This document shows positions 14,946 through 28,000 of a DNA stretch of 48,469 nt, one piece after another. Within the stretch, counting starts at the first letter, position 1. Every line of letters starts with the position of its first letter. The translations under genes were made by a program, and so were the position numbers. Under the pieces are notes generated by a model, which did not search any database, was not told where the DNA came from, and saw only the letters and a program-made list of their open reading frames with translations. This DNA comes from Neocallimastix sp. 'constans' (lineage: Eukaryota), in assembly GCA_050613775.1 (NCBI GenBank), contig JBODTK010000001.1, forward strand, positions 2,294,001-2,342,469, read 5' to 3'.

Positions 14946-15800
14946 CATTCAATGTTTTATTTATTTTATTAGTTTGAATAATAATAACAATAATAATAAT
15001 AATAATAAAAATAAATAATCCGATTAAATAATTTATTATTTTTTGCCTATATATATATATTTTCCAAAATAATTTTCCAAAATATAATATTATAGCTGCA
15101 TTAAGGTACTTTAGAGCATGTATATCCATGAAAGATGAATTTTATAATAAACATTTAATTAAAAACTCAATATTTAAATCCATTATACAAATGTTATCCG
15201 AAACTGAAAGAAGAAATAATTTACTTAATTCAGCATGTTTAGAATTATTTGTATTTATTAGAGTAGTAAGTTTTTTTCTTTATTTTATTTTATTATAATT
15301 ATAATTTTTTTTTTTTTAAAAATATATAAATATATATAGCTTCTAAAAATTAAATAATTAAATTGATAAATATAATAAATAAGATTAATAATCATAACAA
15401 TATATATATATATATGTATTAAATTTAATAATTCATGTGTAAATATTTTATAAAAATATATCAATACTTATTAATTTTAATTTTATATTTTCAATAATTT
15501 ACAACATCATCATCAATAATAATAATAATAATAAAGGAAAATATAAAGTCATTAATTGTACATATTGTTTCAAATTATCGTTCGATTTTGGAGACCTTTA
15601 ATTATGTTGATGTATTTAAGTTGTTAATAATAAGATATGAACAATATCAAGATGATAGTGAATCTGTTATTAATAATAATACAACAAGGTAAAAAAAATT
15701 ACTACGTTAATTTAACTTAATAAATATTATATAGTTTCGTAATAAAAAATAAATACATAAATAAAAGATTAATAGCAATAATAATTATAACAATAATAGT

Positions 15801-15881
<81 letters not shown>

Positions 15882-15893
15882 TATAATAATAAT

Positions 15894-15932
<39 letters not shown>

Positions 15933-16834
15933 TATAATAATAATAATTATAATAATAATTATTTATTTCTATATATATAATAGTAAAATGTCAATGTCTT
16001 CAATTAAGATTAATGATTGGGGTAAAACAGATGAAGAAGAAGAGGCGTACTTTAATGATGATGAAGATGAAGATGAAAGTGAAAATTCATTAACAAAGAC
16101 AACAGAAAAGAATACGGAGGATTCAAATAGAGATAAATCAGAAAAGAATATTAATCCAAAAATAGTATTAGCAAATTCTATTAATGGTCCTTCTAGAGGA
16201 AGAATTGCTAATCCAAATGCGATAGTTGCAAGATTTATTCGTTCGACTCAACCCTTGGCATCTGGACTGGTGGATTATCCAGATGATAATGATATAATAG
16301 AGGAAGAGGAAGAAGAAGGAGATGATAAAGATGAAGAGATGACACCTAAATATAGTGTTAAATCACTTTTAGATACCAAAAATGAAAATATCACTCAATC
16401 ATCAGCATCATTGTCATTAAGTAATAATAAAAAGGAAAATAATTCAACCTTAGTATCTAAAGAAAATATGGGTCAAAAGGATGGTATGACCTCTATGATT
16501 GGAAAATATTTATTACCAAATAATACTAAGATAAGAAAAATAGAATTTGTGTCTGAGAAAAAGGAGAATAAAGAAAGTACAGAAATTGTTAAAATGGAAG
16601 AAGAAAAAGAAGAAAAAGAAGAAAAGAAAATAGATTCAGTGACTACCACAATTAATGATATTAATAAAATCAATGATAATCATACTAATACTACTAATAT
16701 TACTACCAATAATGATATTAATAGTGTTAATACTACCACTACCACTAATAATAATAATAATAATAATAATAAAGCAATGACAATGGATAGTAATAATAAA
16801 AATAATAGCATTAATGATAAAACAATGACAATAG

Positions 16835-16896
<62 letters not shown>

Positions 16897-16957
16897 GCAA
16901 TGACAATAGATAGTAATAATAAAAATAATAGCATTAATGATAAAACAATGACAATAG

Positions 16958-16995
<38 letters not shown>

Positions 16996-17682
16996 GCAAT
17001 GACAATAGATAGTAATAATAAAAATAATAGCATTAATGATAAAACAATGACAATAAATAATAATAATAATGATAATAATAATAAAAATAGTAATAATAAT
17101 AATAATAATAGTAATTTAGATAATAAAAATAAAAAGAGATCAAGGGAAGAACTTGATAATGATGATGATAATGATATTCCATTACCAATAAGGAAGAGGA
17201 TAAATAAAGAAGATGATGATGAACTCTTTCTTCAAAGTATTAATAGAAATAAGATGAAAAAAGAAGCTAGCAAATTAAATTCTAACGAAAAATCAATATC
17301 TCCCTTATCTAATAAAAAAATTACTTTAAATATATCACCAAAATTAAAACATACCGAAGTCTCTTTAGGTTCCTCTACCATCACTCGCTCACCTCCAAAT
17401 TCAATAATTCAATCTCATATCTCACCGACCTCTTCCCCAACTCATAATAACATATATACCATCACCACAACGACGACAACGACCACCGCGACCTCTCATA
17501 AAAAAAGGCTTTTTGATTCAAATAATATGGATGAAGATGAAAAAGAACCCAGTAATACCAATACTATGACAGAGATAACAAATTCTGTAGAAGAAGATAA
17601 TAATAAAACTAAAGATAATAAAAAAAAAGTAGATATCATCATTCATCCTAATTTAAAAAATATTAATTTAAAAAAGAGTTAA
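10923..17682 (+). CDS. PSY2: Serine/threonine protein phosphatase 4 regulatory subunit 3 (PP4R3/SMEK/Psy2), 17 exons
   Basis: Exons: 10923-10954, 11122-11161, 11288-11326, 11486-11585, 11756-11837, 12029-12084, 12218-12354, 12571-12667, 12818-12895, 13014-13084, 13250-13563, 13932-14211, 14385-14514, 14653-14832, 15096-15265, 15537-15688, 15984-17682. EVH1-like N-terminus RRVKVYEL...WMDRGTGH...RQQETLILW...LALSFQESTGC. SMK-1 motif KIHQTYRAQYLKDVVLAR. Also ICELLCFCIKNH, RNNLLNSACLELF and C-terminal GLVDYPDD. Confidence 0.95.
15805..15958. repeat. (AAT)n microsatellite in the last PSY2 intron
   Basis: Near-continuous aat triplets with a few att interruptions. Confidence 0.9.
16771..17058 (+). 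repeat. Coding tandem repeat: three 66-bp units (KAMT[M/I]DSNNKNNSINDKTMTI[D/N]) separated by variable poly-Asn tracts
   Basis: The unit aaagcaatgacaat(g/a)gatagtaataataaaaataatagcattaatgataaaacaatgacaata starts at 16771, 16894 and 16993. Confidence 0.95.
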
Positions 17683-17965
17683 ATAAATAAATAAATAATA
17701 AAATAAAATAAAATAAAATAAAAACAGTTAATAATTGTTATAGTAAATATTTAACATACACCCATATGCATTCCTACGTAGAAATACATATATAATAATT
17801 AATATAATATATCTTATACATGACTTTTATTGTTATTATTATTATTTTTTTTTTTTTTTGATAAAAATCTATATCTATATATCTATAAAGCAATAGATTA
17901 ATAGATCAATAGATTGATAGTTTTTTTTTTTTCTTTTTTAATGATAATAATTATAATATTATTTA

Positions 17966-17996
<31 letters not shown>

Positions 17997-18043
17997 AATA
18001 ATTTATTGTTATTTATTATTATTTTTAAATTATTTTTTTTTTT

Positions 18044-18081
<38 letters not shown>

Positions 18082-18285
18082 CGTCAACATTATTGCACAT
18101 AAAAATAAAAATATAAAAAAAAAAAAAAGTTATTTAATTCTATATATATATATATTATTTAAGAGTTTAATTTTTTATTATACTATTATTTTTTTATTTT
18201 TTTTTTTTAATTATACATATATATAAATTATTTATTTATATAGTACTTAATATATATATATTATTATAAAAACATTATTGAAAAA

Positions 18286-18331
<46 letters not shown>

Positions 18332-18682
18332 TTATTTATTTATTATACAGTTTTTTCATTTACATATATATTATTATTATGTTTCTTTTAAAAATAAGTT
18401 TTTTTTTTTTTTTTATCCCCCTATTACGTATAAAAGTATTAACTTTTTCTTAATATATATTATTTTTTTTTTTTTACTGACTTTTTTATATAAAAAAATA
18501 TATATATATAATAATAATAATAAAAAAAAAGCATAATCTAACATGACTTCACATATATAAAACCTATTTATTATCTATCCATATTATATTAAAAAATATG
18601 AATATATATATATATGTTTAAACTCTCTTTTTTTGTTTTTTTATTTTATTTTTTATATTTTAATTTTTTGTTAAATTTAAAA

Positions 18683-18716
<34 letters not shown>

Positions 18717-18855
18717 AGACTATAAATATATATTAAGTTTCTCTCTCTATTTATATATATAATATATAATATATTTATATTTTATATTTTATATCTTTTC
18801 TTGAAGATAATATTTTCATTAATTTTTGTTTTTTAACAACATTTTGTAACTTGGA

Positions 18856-19140
18856 TATTCTGGGAGCTTGTTAGAACAATAGCATCATTACAATATTTCC
18901 TATTAATTTTATTTTTTTTTTTTTTTTATTTCACCGTATTTCTCGCAGTTATTAAGTGCATCATTAATTAAATTAAACAGAATTAAGTGATATTGGTTGT
19001 CAAACCCCAAAATGAATTGAGAATATTCTTGAAAATTTTATCAATAAGATATGTACAAAAGTTTTTTTTTTTTTTTAGAGAGAGCTTAACATAAATTTAA
19101 TTGATTTAAAAATAAGCAATGGATTTAATTAACCAGAATA
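18856..19140. ncRNA. Candidate structured non-coding element (island A), family unassigned
   Basis: Higher complexity than its flanks and no ORF. The ends are complementary: tattctgg 18856-18863 with ccagaata 19133-19140. Inner tgttag 18869-18874 can pair with ttaaca 19086-19091. Confidence 0.3.
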
Positions 19141-19727
19141 AAAAATATAAAAACATAAAAAAAAAAAATTTTTTTTTTCTAGTACTATATTAAATTTATT
19201 GAATCATTTTAATAATTTTAATTCTATAGAAAAGTTATATTAATCTATTGAAATGTATATATATATAAATATATAAATAAAAAGAGAAATATATTAAATT
19301 TTCATGAAAAGAAAATAAAAATAATAAAAAAGAAGATAAAGAAAGATAATTTTATTTATTTTTTTTTTTTCTAACATACTCTTATATAGTTGAATGAGAG
19401 AGATGTCAACTTCTTTATTTAAACATAAAACTTTAAAAAATAATTAAAATCATAAAAAAAAAAAAAAAAAAAAAAAAAATTTTTTTTAAATTATATATTT
19501 AAACTATAAATTATTATATTATTATATATATTATTTATTTATAATTAAAAAAAATTATTTAAAAAAATATAAAAAATATAAAAAATATGATTTTTAATTA
19601 ATTGGTTTAAACAAATTAAATTTAATTAAAAATTAATTAAACTAATTAAGTATACAGATACTCATCATAAAATTATATATAAATTCATACAGATTAAGTT
19701 AATAATATTTAAATATTATTGATATAG

Positions 19728-20110
19728 TTTCCAAATAGACCTCGCCATTACCTCCTGAATTTATATAGAGAGATTATCATCCACCCAGGGTGTTTTTCCC
19801 TATAAATGAAGTTAGATGTATACTCGTCATGGTATGCATTCCTGTTGCTAGTCTATTTAATTGCTATTGCTGAGAGCACTTAATCTATGAGAGAATTAGC
19901 GTAGTTATTCCTTCCTCAATTATTGTTCAAGAGATCACTTAAAAGAAGCTCGTCATATAAAGCGACGTATATGGAATGTCTTTCATATTAGCCTTGTTTA
20001 GAGAGAGGTTAGCAACAACGCCGAAACGGTATAGTAAATAATCCAATAATAGTTTAATACGCTTAAAGGAGAGACTGGAGGGCCTATCGTTAATCCCAGT
20101 CTAGGGGAAA
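19728..20110. ncRNA. Candidate structured ncRNA of about 380 nt (island B), family unassigned
   Basis: Sharp GC-enriched island with no ORF of 60 aa or more in the track. Pairings found by eye: 19728-19740/20099-20110, 19764-19771/19797-19804, 19819-19833/20020-20033, 19843-19854/20006-20017, 19951-19954/19964-19967 and 20072-20078/20096-20102. Confidence 0.55.
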
Positions 20111-20175
20111 AAAAAATAATACATATAATCAATTTTTTTTTTTTTATTAAAAATTAAGTAAAATAAATTGTAGGT

Positions 20176-20259
20176 TATGAATATAATTAAAATACAGATT
20201 GAATAAAATAAAATAATAGTAGAATATGAATATGAATACAATTAAAGTACAGATTGAAT
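20176..20259. repeat. 29-bp direct repeat (27/29 identical), 55-bp period, next to island B
   Basis: tatgaatataattaaaatacagattgaat (20176-20204) versus tatgaatacaattaaagtacagattgaat (20231-20259). Confidence 0.85.
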
Positions 20260-20345
20260 TAAAAAAAGATTAATTTTTTATCTTATAATTAAATAATTAC
20301 AATAATAAAATAATGATATAATTAAATAATTAAATAAATAAATAA

Positions 20346-20387
<42 letters not shown>

Positions 20388-22157
20388 ATTGATATAATAT
20401 TAATTAAAATTTACATCTATACAGAATATAAATAACATATAAAATATTTGAATAATAAATGAATAATCGTTTTAACAAAAAAAGAAAAAAAGAAAAAAAA
20501 AATTTTAAATTTCATTTTTAAATAATTTCTATTATTAAATTCCTCTAAAAGCTAATAATTTTATATTATAACTATTATGAAATAGCTTTATATTTATAAT
20601 TATTATAAAATATAAAATAAAATATAAAATAAAATATAAAATAAAATATAAAATAAAATATAAAATATACAATAATATAAGATTAAGTTAGAAATAAAAA
20701 AAAAACAAAAACAAAAAAAGTAAAAAAAAAATAAAAAATAAAAATTTATTTGATATTTTTAATATATTAATTATATATATATTAAATATAAAAAATATAT
20801 TTAATAGATATTTTATATATATTAGAGTATTATATCTATTTTATTAATATTTTAAATTATTTAACTATTAAATATTATTAAATATATATTTACATATATA
20901 TTTCAATATAATATATTCATTTGAAATAAATTTTCGTATATTCCAAATTTTATTTTAATTTCAATTTAATTCATTTAAAATAATGAAGTTTTTTTTTTTG
21001 TTTTATTTAATAATAAATTATTAATTATTGAAATAATATTTTATAATTATTTAATATTAATAAATAAATAAAGTATAATAAATAAAAAAAATAAAAATAT
21101 TACTTTTTCTTTTTTAAAAAGAAAAGAAAAAAAAATAAAAATAAAAAAAAAAAAAAATAATAAAAAAAATTAAAATTAAACCATTAAATTATTATTACTA
21201 TCACCTAAATAATTTATTTATTTATTTTAATATCTATAATTAAACTTTTTTTTTTTATTAACAAAACTAGATATTAATAAAAGAAGTCAAAATATTATTA
21301 TTATAAAGATAATTATAGTGTGTAATAATAATATTAATGTACTTTTTTTTTTTTATATATTTTTTTTTTTTTTTTTATTATTACATAAATATATATATAT
21401 ATATATATATAACATAGAATTGATTACAAAAAATATATAATATATAAACAATTTTTATTCTATATTAAATTTAGACATTATTATAATTTTAATTAAAAAG
21501 GATACTATAATATATTTTAATATACTAAAAAAAAATAATCTTTTTAATATATTACAGATTTTGACAATATATTATAATTTTAACTGTAAATCTATTAGCA
21601 AAAGGAATTGAAGAAAAAAAAAAAAAAAAAAAAAAAAGGAAAAAAAAGGATTTAAATAATCTTTTAATATTAATATATGAAAAGGAAATCTTTAAAAGAA
21701 TAACATTAAAAAAAAAACTTTTGTTATTGAAAAGAAAAAATATATATTATTCATATTTTTTAAAGTTAATAAAAATAATGTTAACCTAATTATAATAAAT
21801 ATATTACAAATATTCAATAATTAAAATATAAATTAAAAATTTCTTCTCCGTTTTTTTTTCATGAAGAAATTTTTAAAATCATTTAATAATTATATACAAT
21901 AAATAATAAATAGTAAAAACTAAAAAAGATTATATAAACCTAATTTCCTTTTAATTTTTAATTTATAAAATTGAAAGAATTTTTATATACTTTTAAGGAG
22001 AATAAACATATATATTTATATGTGGTCTCGATATAATTTTCATTTTATTACTTTAATTGGAAATTTAAAAAATAAATTTCATTTGAAACTGAATTCCTTA
22101 TTTATTTATTTATTTTTTTAATATTAAAAAAGAAATAATAATAATAAAAATAATAAA

Positions 22158-24131
22158 ATGCCAGACAAAACTATTAATGTAAATGAGCATCCAAATGTAA
22201 AAAGAGCTGGTCATCTTAATAATTTGACTATGCCTTTTCTTTTGTATTTTACTGCTGGCTTATTTTTATTTTTAGGTTTTTGTTTTCTTAGAAATAAATT
22301 TAAAATTTTTTATATGCCAAGAAGAAGATTAAAAAGGTATTCAAAACAAAAAACAAAAAAAACAAAAAAAAAAAAACAATAAATTTAAATCAAAAAGAAC
22401 TCGATAAATATAGAACAATCTATTAATATAAATAAAATATAAATAAAATATAAATAAAAATATAGAAAAATAGAAATATAAGATATAGAAAATAAAATAT
22501 AGAAATATAAAATATAGAGAATACAAATACATAGAAATATAAAGCATAAAAATTATATATTATAAAAAAAATAGAATATTGAAAATAGGATATCAAAATT
22601 AATATATGTATAAAATTTATTATATTATATTAATTTTTATATATTATTTTATTGAACTTTATAATAAATGTTTAAAGATGTGCTCCACCTAAAATTCCTA
22701 AAGGTTTTTTCTCATGGATTATAGTTGTATTAAGATTAAAAACTTCTTATGTTTTACCAATTGTTGGAGTAGATGCTGAAGTGGTATGGCTATTTTATTT
22801 TTTTATTCTTTATATTTTTTTTTTTTTTTATTTTTATTTTTATTTTTATTTTTATTTTTTAATTTTTTTTATTTCATTTTAAATGAAAAATAAACTTTTC
22901 ATATATAATAATATTAATTATAAAAGAAAAAAAAAATTTTTTTTCATTAATTAATAATATTAGTTAAAATTTTTTATTTTATTTTATTTTTTATTTTTTA
23001 TTTTAGTTTTATTTTATCTTATTTTTTTCACCCTTTATATTAATATCTTTTTTTTTTCTTTGATTTATACATAAAAAAATTTTATTGTTCAATAGTTTCT
23101 ATTATTTTTGAAAATGTCAATGAAATTATTTTTAACCATTGGTATTATGGCACTAATTATTCTACTTCCAGTAAATTATTCAGGTCATGCTAATAAATCA
23201 GGTTATAAGCAATTAACAAATACAACTAAAATATTACAAGATGGTAATGAAAAAACATTGGATGTTTTAATCTTGGAACAAATTACAATCGATAATATCT
23301 ATGAACAGTCACCACTGTTATCTTTTCATATTGCTTTTTCTTGGATTTTTTCTATAATCGCCTATATATTTTTATTTAAATATTATAATAGATGTAGAGA
23401 AATACGTATGAAATATATTCAAAATTGTTATAATAATAATGATAATTATAAGCAATTAATAAACTTTAGATCTATTATACTTTTTGGTTTACCGGAAGAA
23501 TATAGAAATGAAGAATGTCTATACAATTTCTTCTCAGATTTAGGTATTGGAGATTTGGAGAAAGTAGTTATTTGTAGACAATATCTTCATTTAAGAAAAG
23601 CATTAGAGAATCGACAATATTATTTAAATAAAATTGAAAATTATTATATGAAGTGGGTAGGTTATGATTTTGATAGAAATAAAAAAGAAATGAAAAAGAT
23701 GAAGAAAAAAAATAAGAAGAATAGGAAGGAACTTAATAATTATCAAAGTAATGAAACCGAAGAAATTAGTCAAAAAGTACATAGTTTTCAAAATTTAAAA
23801 TCAAATAATAATAATTTTAGAAAATTAACAGATGAAGTTTCAACTCCCGATGATAATACATTATCAAATATGAATCCTACTTCACAAGATTTAATAGAGA
23901 ATTCAAATGAACCAAGATATGATAAAATTTTATTGGAAGATCAAGTATGTACTAAGAAAAGAACCAAAGGTAGATTATATCCATTTGGTACAAAAATTGA
24001 TCTCTTAAATTATTATGTTGAAAAATTTATTAAATGGGATAATAATGTTAAAAAATTAAGAAGAAAAACAAATAATAGTACAACTCCTGTCGCTTTTGTT
24101 ACCTTTAAATCTCCATTAAGTGCTGTAAGTA

Positions 24132-24200
<69 letters not shown>

Positions 24201-24323
24201 GAATGATTTCCTAATAAAAAAATAAAATCATTTAAATATAATATTAATAATAAAAATTAAATTAATTCAATTTTATTTTATTTATTTATTTTTATATTAT
24301 TTATTTATTTATTTATTAATCTT

Positions 24324-24371
<48 letters not shown>

Positions 24372-24805
24372 CTCTCTCTCTCTCTCTTCATCTTCTGTTC
24401 TTATTATTTTTATCTCATCTATTTATAAAATTTCATTTCAAACTTTAAATTTCTTATATGATTATCAAAATAAAAATACACCTATATTATTCTATTTATA
24501 AACTCTCAATTCAATTCTATTCTCTTTATATATGTGATTTTTGAACCAAAAAAAAAAAAAAAATAAAATAAAATAAAATAAAAATAAAAATAAAAATAAA
24601 ATAAAATAAAATAAAATTAATTATAAATATATATACAAATCATAAATTCAACTTTAATCAAATAACAACAATAATAAAAATGATTATAAACATTCTTTAT
24701 ACAAAAATTTAATTCGATATAAATTATTTAAATTAATGATATGATATGATTTTCAAAATCAAAATGAAACAAATAAACAAACAAACAAACAAACAAACAA
24801 ACAAA

Positions 24806-24851
<46 letters not shown>

Positions 24852-26515
24852 ATAATAATAATAATTCTAAACCTTTTTTTTCTTCTTTTTTTTTTTTTTT
24901 TCTTTTTTTTCTTATTTTAATTTATATCTTTATATCGATCTTATTAATAATAATATTTACAATAAAATGATTATGATGATGAAATTTAATTCACATTTAA
25001 TCAAAAATTATATAATCAATAATATGTAATGAATTATGATGAATTATTATTAGTTAATTGGAGCACAATGCTTACTTTATGAAAAACCATTTACATGCTA
25101 TATTTCTCTTGCTACAGAACCAAGAGATATTTACTGGAAAAATATATCTAATCGTTTTGCACATCCCTATACAAAATTAATAAGAGCATTTAGTGTTGTA
25201 TTTATTTCTGCCTTTATTGTTATTATTTGGTTTATTCCAATTTCTTTTATTTTCACCGTGATGAATGTTAAAAATTTCATTCAAATTATACCCAAATTAA
25301 GTATAATTACAAATTATTTAAATCCATTTATGATTGATTTAATTGATAGTGCATTATCTATGATTGTTTTGGCTGTATGGCTTTCTTTTTTACCAGATAT
25401 TTTAATATTGCTATCAGAAATTCAAGGTATAGAAACTTATTCATGGCTGGAAAAAGCACTTCTCAACAAGTATTACTTTTATCAAATTTTTAATGTTTTA
25501 TTTGTTTTCATTATTGGTAACGTGCTTCTTGAATTTGTAAGATATTTTATGGTCACTACGGGAATTGAAAGTTTATGGAGTTATGTTAATAATAAACCAA
25601 CGGAATTATTAAAAAAATTTGCTTCCTCTCTGACTAATATGTCACCATTTTATATTAACTATATCATGCTTCAAGCTTTTTTCATTCTCAGTATTCAATT
25701 AATCTATCCAGCCCCCATTGCAAAATCACTTATTACATGGCTATTAAAATTTATTGGTATTAGGAAAACACCAAGAACTTATTCGAATCTTTCTGATCCA
25801 AGAACATTTTCTTTAAATTATGGTTATATCTCAACTCTTCCACTTGTATTATTTACAGTTACAATGACATTTTCATGTATCTGTCCAATTATTCCTTTGT
25901 TGGGAACCATTTATTTCGCATATTCGCTTTTAGTCTATAAATATCAGTTATTGTATATTCAACATCCTAGATATGAAAGTTATGGTGGGCTAGTCCCATC
26001 CTATATAAAACGTTGCATATTTGCTATTCTAATTTTCCAAATTACTATGTTTGGAGTTCTTAGTATTAAACTTTCGGTGGAAAATAATCCTGATGATACT
26101 TCTAGTCCTAATTTATGGGGTTTTAAAACTATTTTATATATGCTCCCATTATTAGTGAGTAGTTTTATTATTTATTGGTGGTTTAAACAATCTTTTGAAA
26201 AACATTTTAAATATATTCCATTGGAAGTGGTTGCTAAAAGATTCCATTATGATAATTGTATTATTAATAGTAATAATAGTTGTAGTAGTAATGCTACTAC
26301 TTCTTCCACTAGTAATGATTATCCCTATACCTATTGTAGTTATTGTGGAAGTCATGATATTATCACATCAAATACCCCAATTCATAAACAGAGAAGTAAT
26401 TCTAATAGTAGTTTAAAAGATATTTCTTCACAACTACGGAAAAGAACTACTTCAGATAAAAAGCTTCATAATCATAATAATAACAATAATAATCATAATA
26501 ACAACAATAAATTCG

Positions 26516-26566
<51 letters not shown>

Positions 26567-26820
26567 GTAATAGTAATATTGCTAATAATAATAAAATGAA
26601 TAAAAATGATTCAAATTTTATACCTTATCCAAAATATAATGATAATGAACAATCTTTTACTGATTTACAAGAATTAACTTTTAAAATTGATTCTAAAAAT
26701 GGATTAAATTATTATAATCATACTAATAATAGTAATAATAATAGTAGTAGCAATAACAGTAGCAATGGTAATGGTAATGGTCATACCAGCAATTATAGTA
26801 ATCAACAATATCTATCAGTT

Positions 26821-26863
<43 letters not shown>

Positions 26864-27964
26864 GTAGTAGTAATAGTAATAGTAATAAATTCACTTATAA
26901 ACAAAATCAAACAAGAGAAAAAAGTCCATTAGGTAAAGGAAAACAAAAGAGTACTTTACTATACAGTGATGGTAAGATTTTTTTTTTTTTTCTAACTTTA
27001 TTAAAAAGATATATAAATAATAATAATAATAAAATAATAATAATAATAAAATAATAATAATAATAAAATAATAATAATAATAAAATAATAATAATAATAA
27101 AATAATAATAATAATAAAATAATAATAATAATAATAAAATGATAATAATAAAATAATAATAATATTAATATTAATATTAATAAATATCTTATTTTAAATA
27201 TCTTATTGTTAATATTTTATAAAATTTTCTTCTATTTCTTATATTAAAGAATCAACAAGTGAAATTGAAATTTCTGATACCATTACGCAAATGAATCAAA
27301 ATGCAAGCTATTCAAATTTATCTTTTGAACCCACAATAAGTCAAACTAATATTACTCAAGAAATTGTTAAATTAAATACAAATTATAAAGCTCTCAATAT
27401 CACTACCTCTTCTCAATCTACACCAAATACACCAAGTACAGATTCTACTCGTATATTTATTCCTACCAATTCGGATGATGAAAATACAAATGTTATGGAT
27501 ACATCCTTACCACCAACTACGCAACATAATTCTAATGATAAACAAAAATATTTACGTAATAGAAGTGAAAGTAATTTATTAATAAGAGATAAATATTCTT
27601 CTCGTAGATGGATCTTTGATCAATATACAGATTATAGTCAACCAAGAAGTCTTAGAGTTAATGGTAATAATTTATTTATATATTATAAATATAAATATTA
27701 ATATAAATAAATATAAATATAAATATAAATATAAATATAAATATAAATATAAATATAAATATAAATATGAATATGAATATAAATAAAATAAAATAAAATA
27801 AAATAAAATAAAATAAAATAAAATAAAATAAAATAAAATAAAATAAAATAAAATAAAATAAAATAAAATAAAATAAAATGAAAAAATAAAAAAAAAATAA
27901 AAATAAAAATAAAAATAAAAAATAAATAAATAAATAATAAATAAATAAATAAAATGAAAAAAAT

Positions 27965-28000
<36 letters not shown>

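Noticed and set aside
16473..17033. Antisense or alternative-frame ORFs inside real exons (also 26152.., 26195.., 35077.., 37105..)
   Set aside because: They are shadows of AAT/GAA-rich codons in the true genes.
19770..19832. SECIS element or C/D snoRNA suggested by minus-strand AUGACGA
   Set aside because: No SECIS helix II, no CUGA D box on that strand, and no in-frame TGA in the neighbouring genes.
19736..19910. HEARO/IscB omega-RNA-like words on the minus strand (gactagc, actacg, caccctgg, atggcgagg)
   Set aside because: The motif order differs from my recollection of the family, and there is no IscB, TnpB or Fanzor ORF in the window.
19833..19988. RNase P/MRP topology on the minus strand of island B (GAAAGACAUUCC ... 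ACAGGAAUGCAUA)
   Set aside because: The helix order is reminiscent, but the conserved bulged U is an A, one P4 pair is an A-A mismatch, P3 would be tiny and there is no GARAR loop. A covariance-model search is needed to exclude it fully.
19990..20035. Hammerhead ribozyme or group II intron domain V around ccgaaacgg
   Set aside because: No CUGANGA core on either strand, and the AGC segment does not pair as a domain V hairpin.
20001..20074. U6atac snRNA (aggttagca and aaaggagaga words)
   Set aside because: The two matching words are in the wrong order, and no U6atac internal stem-loop follows the AGC.
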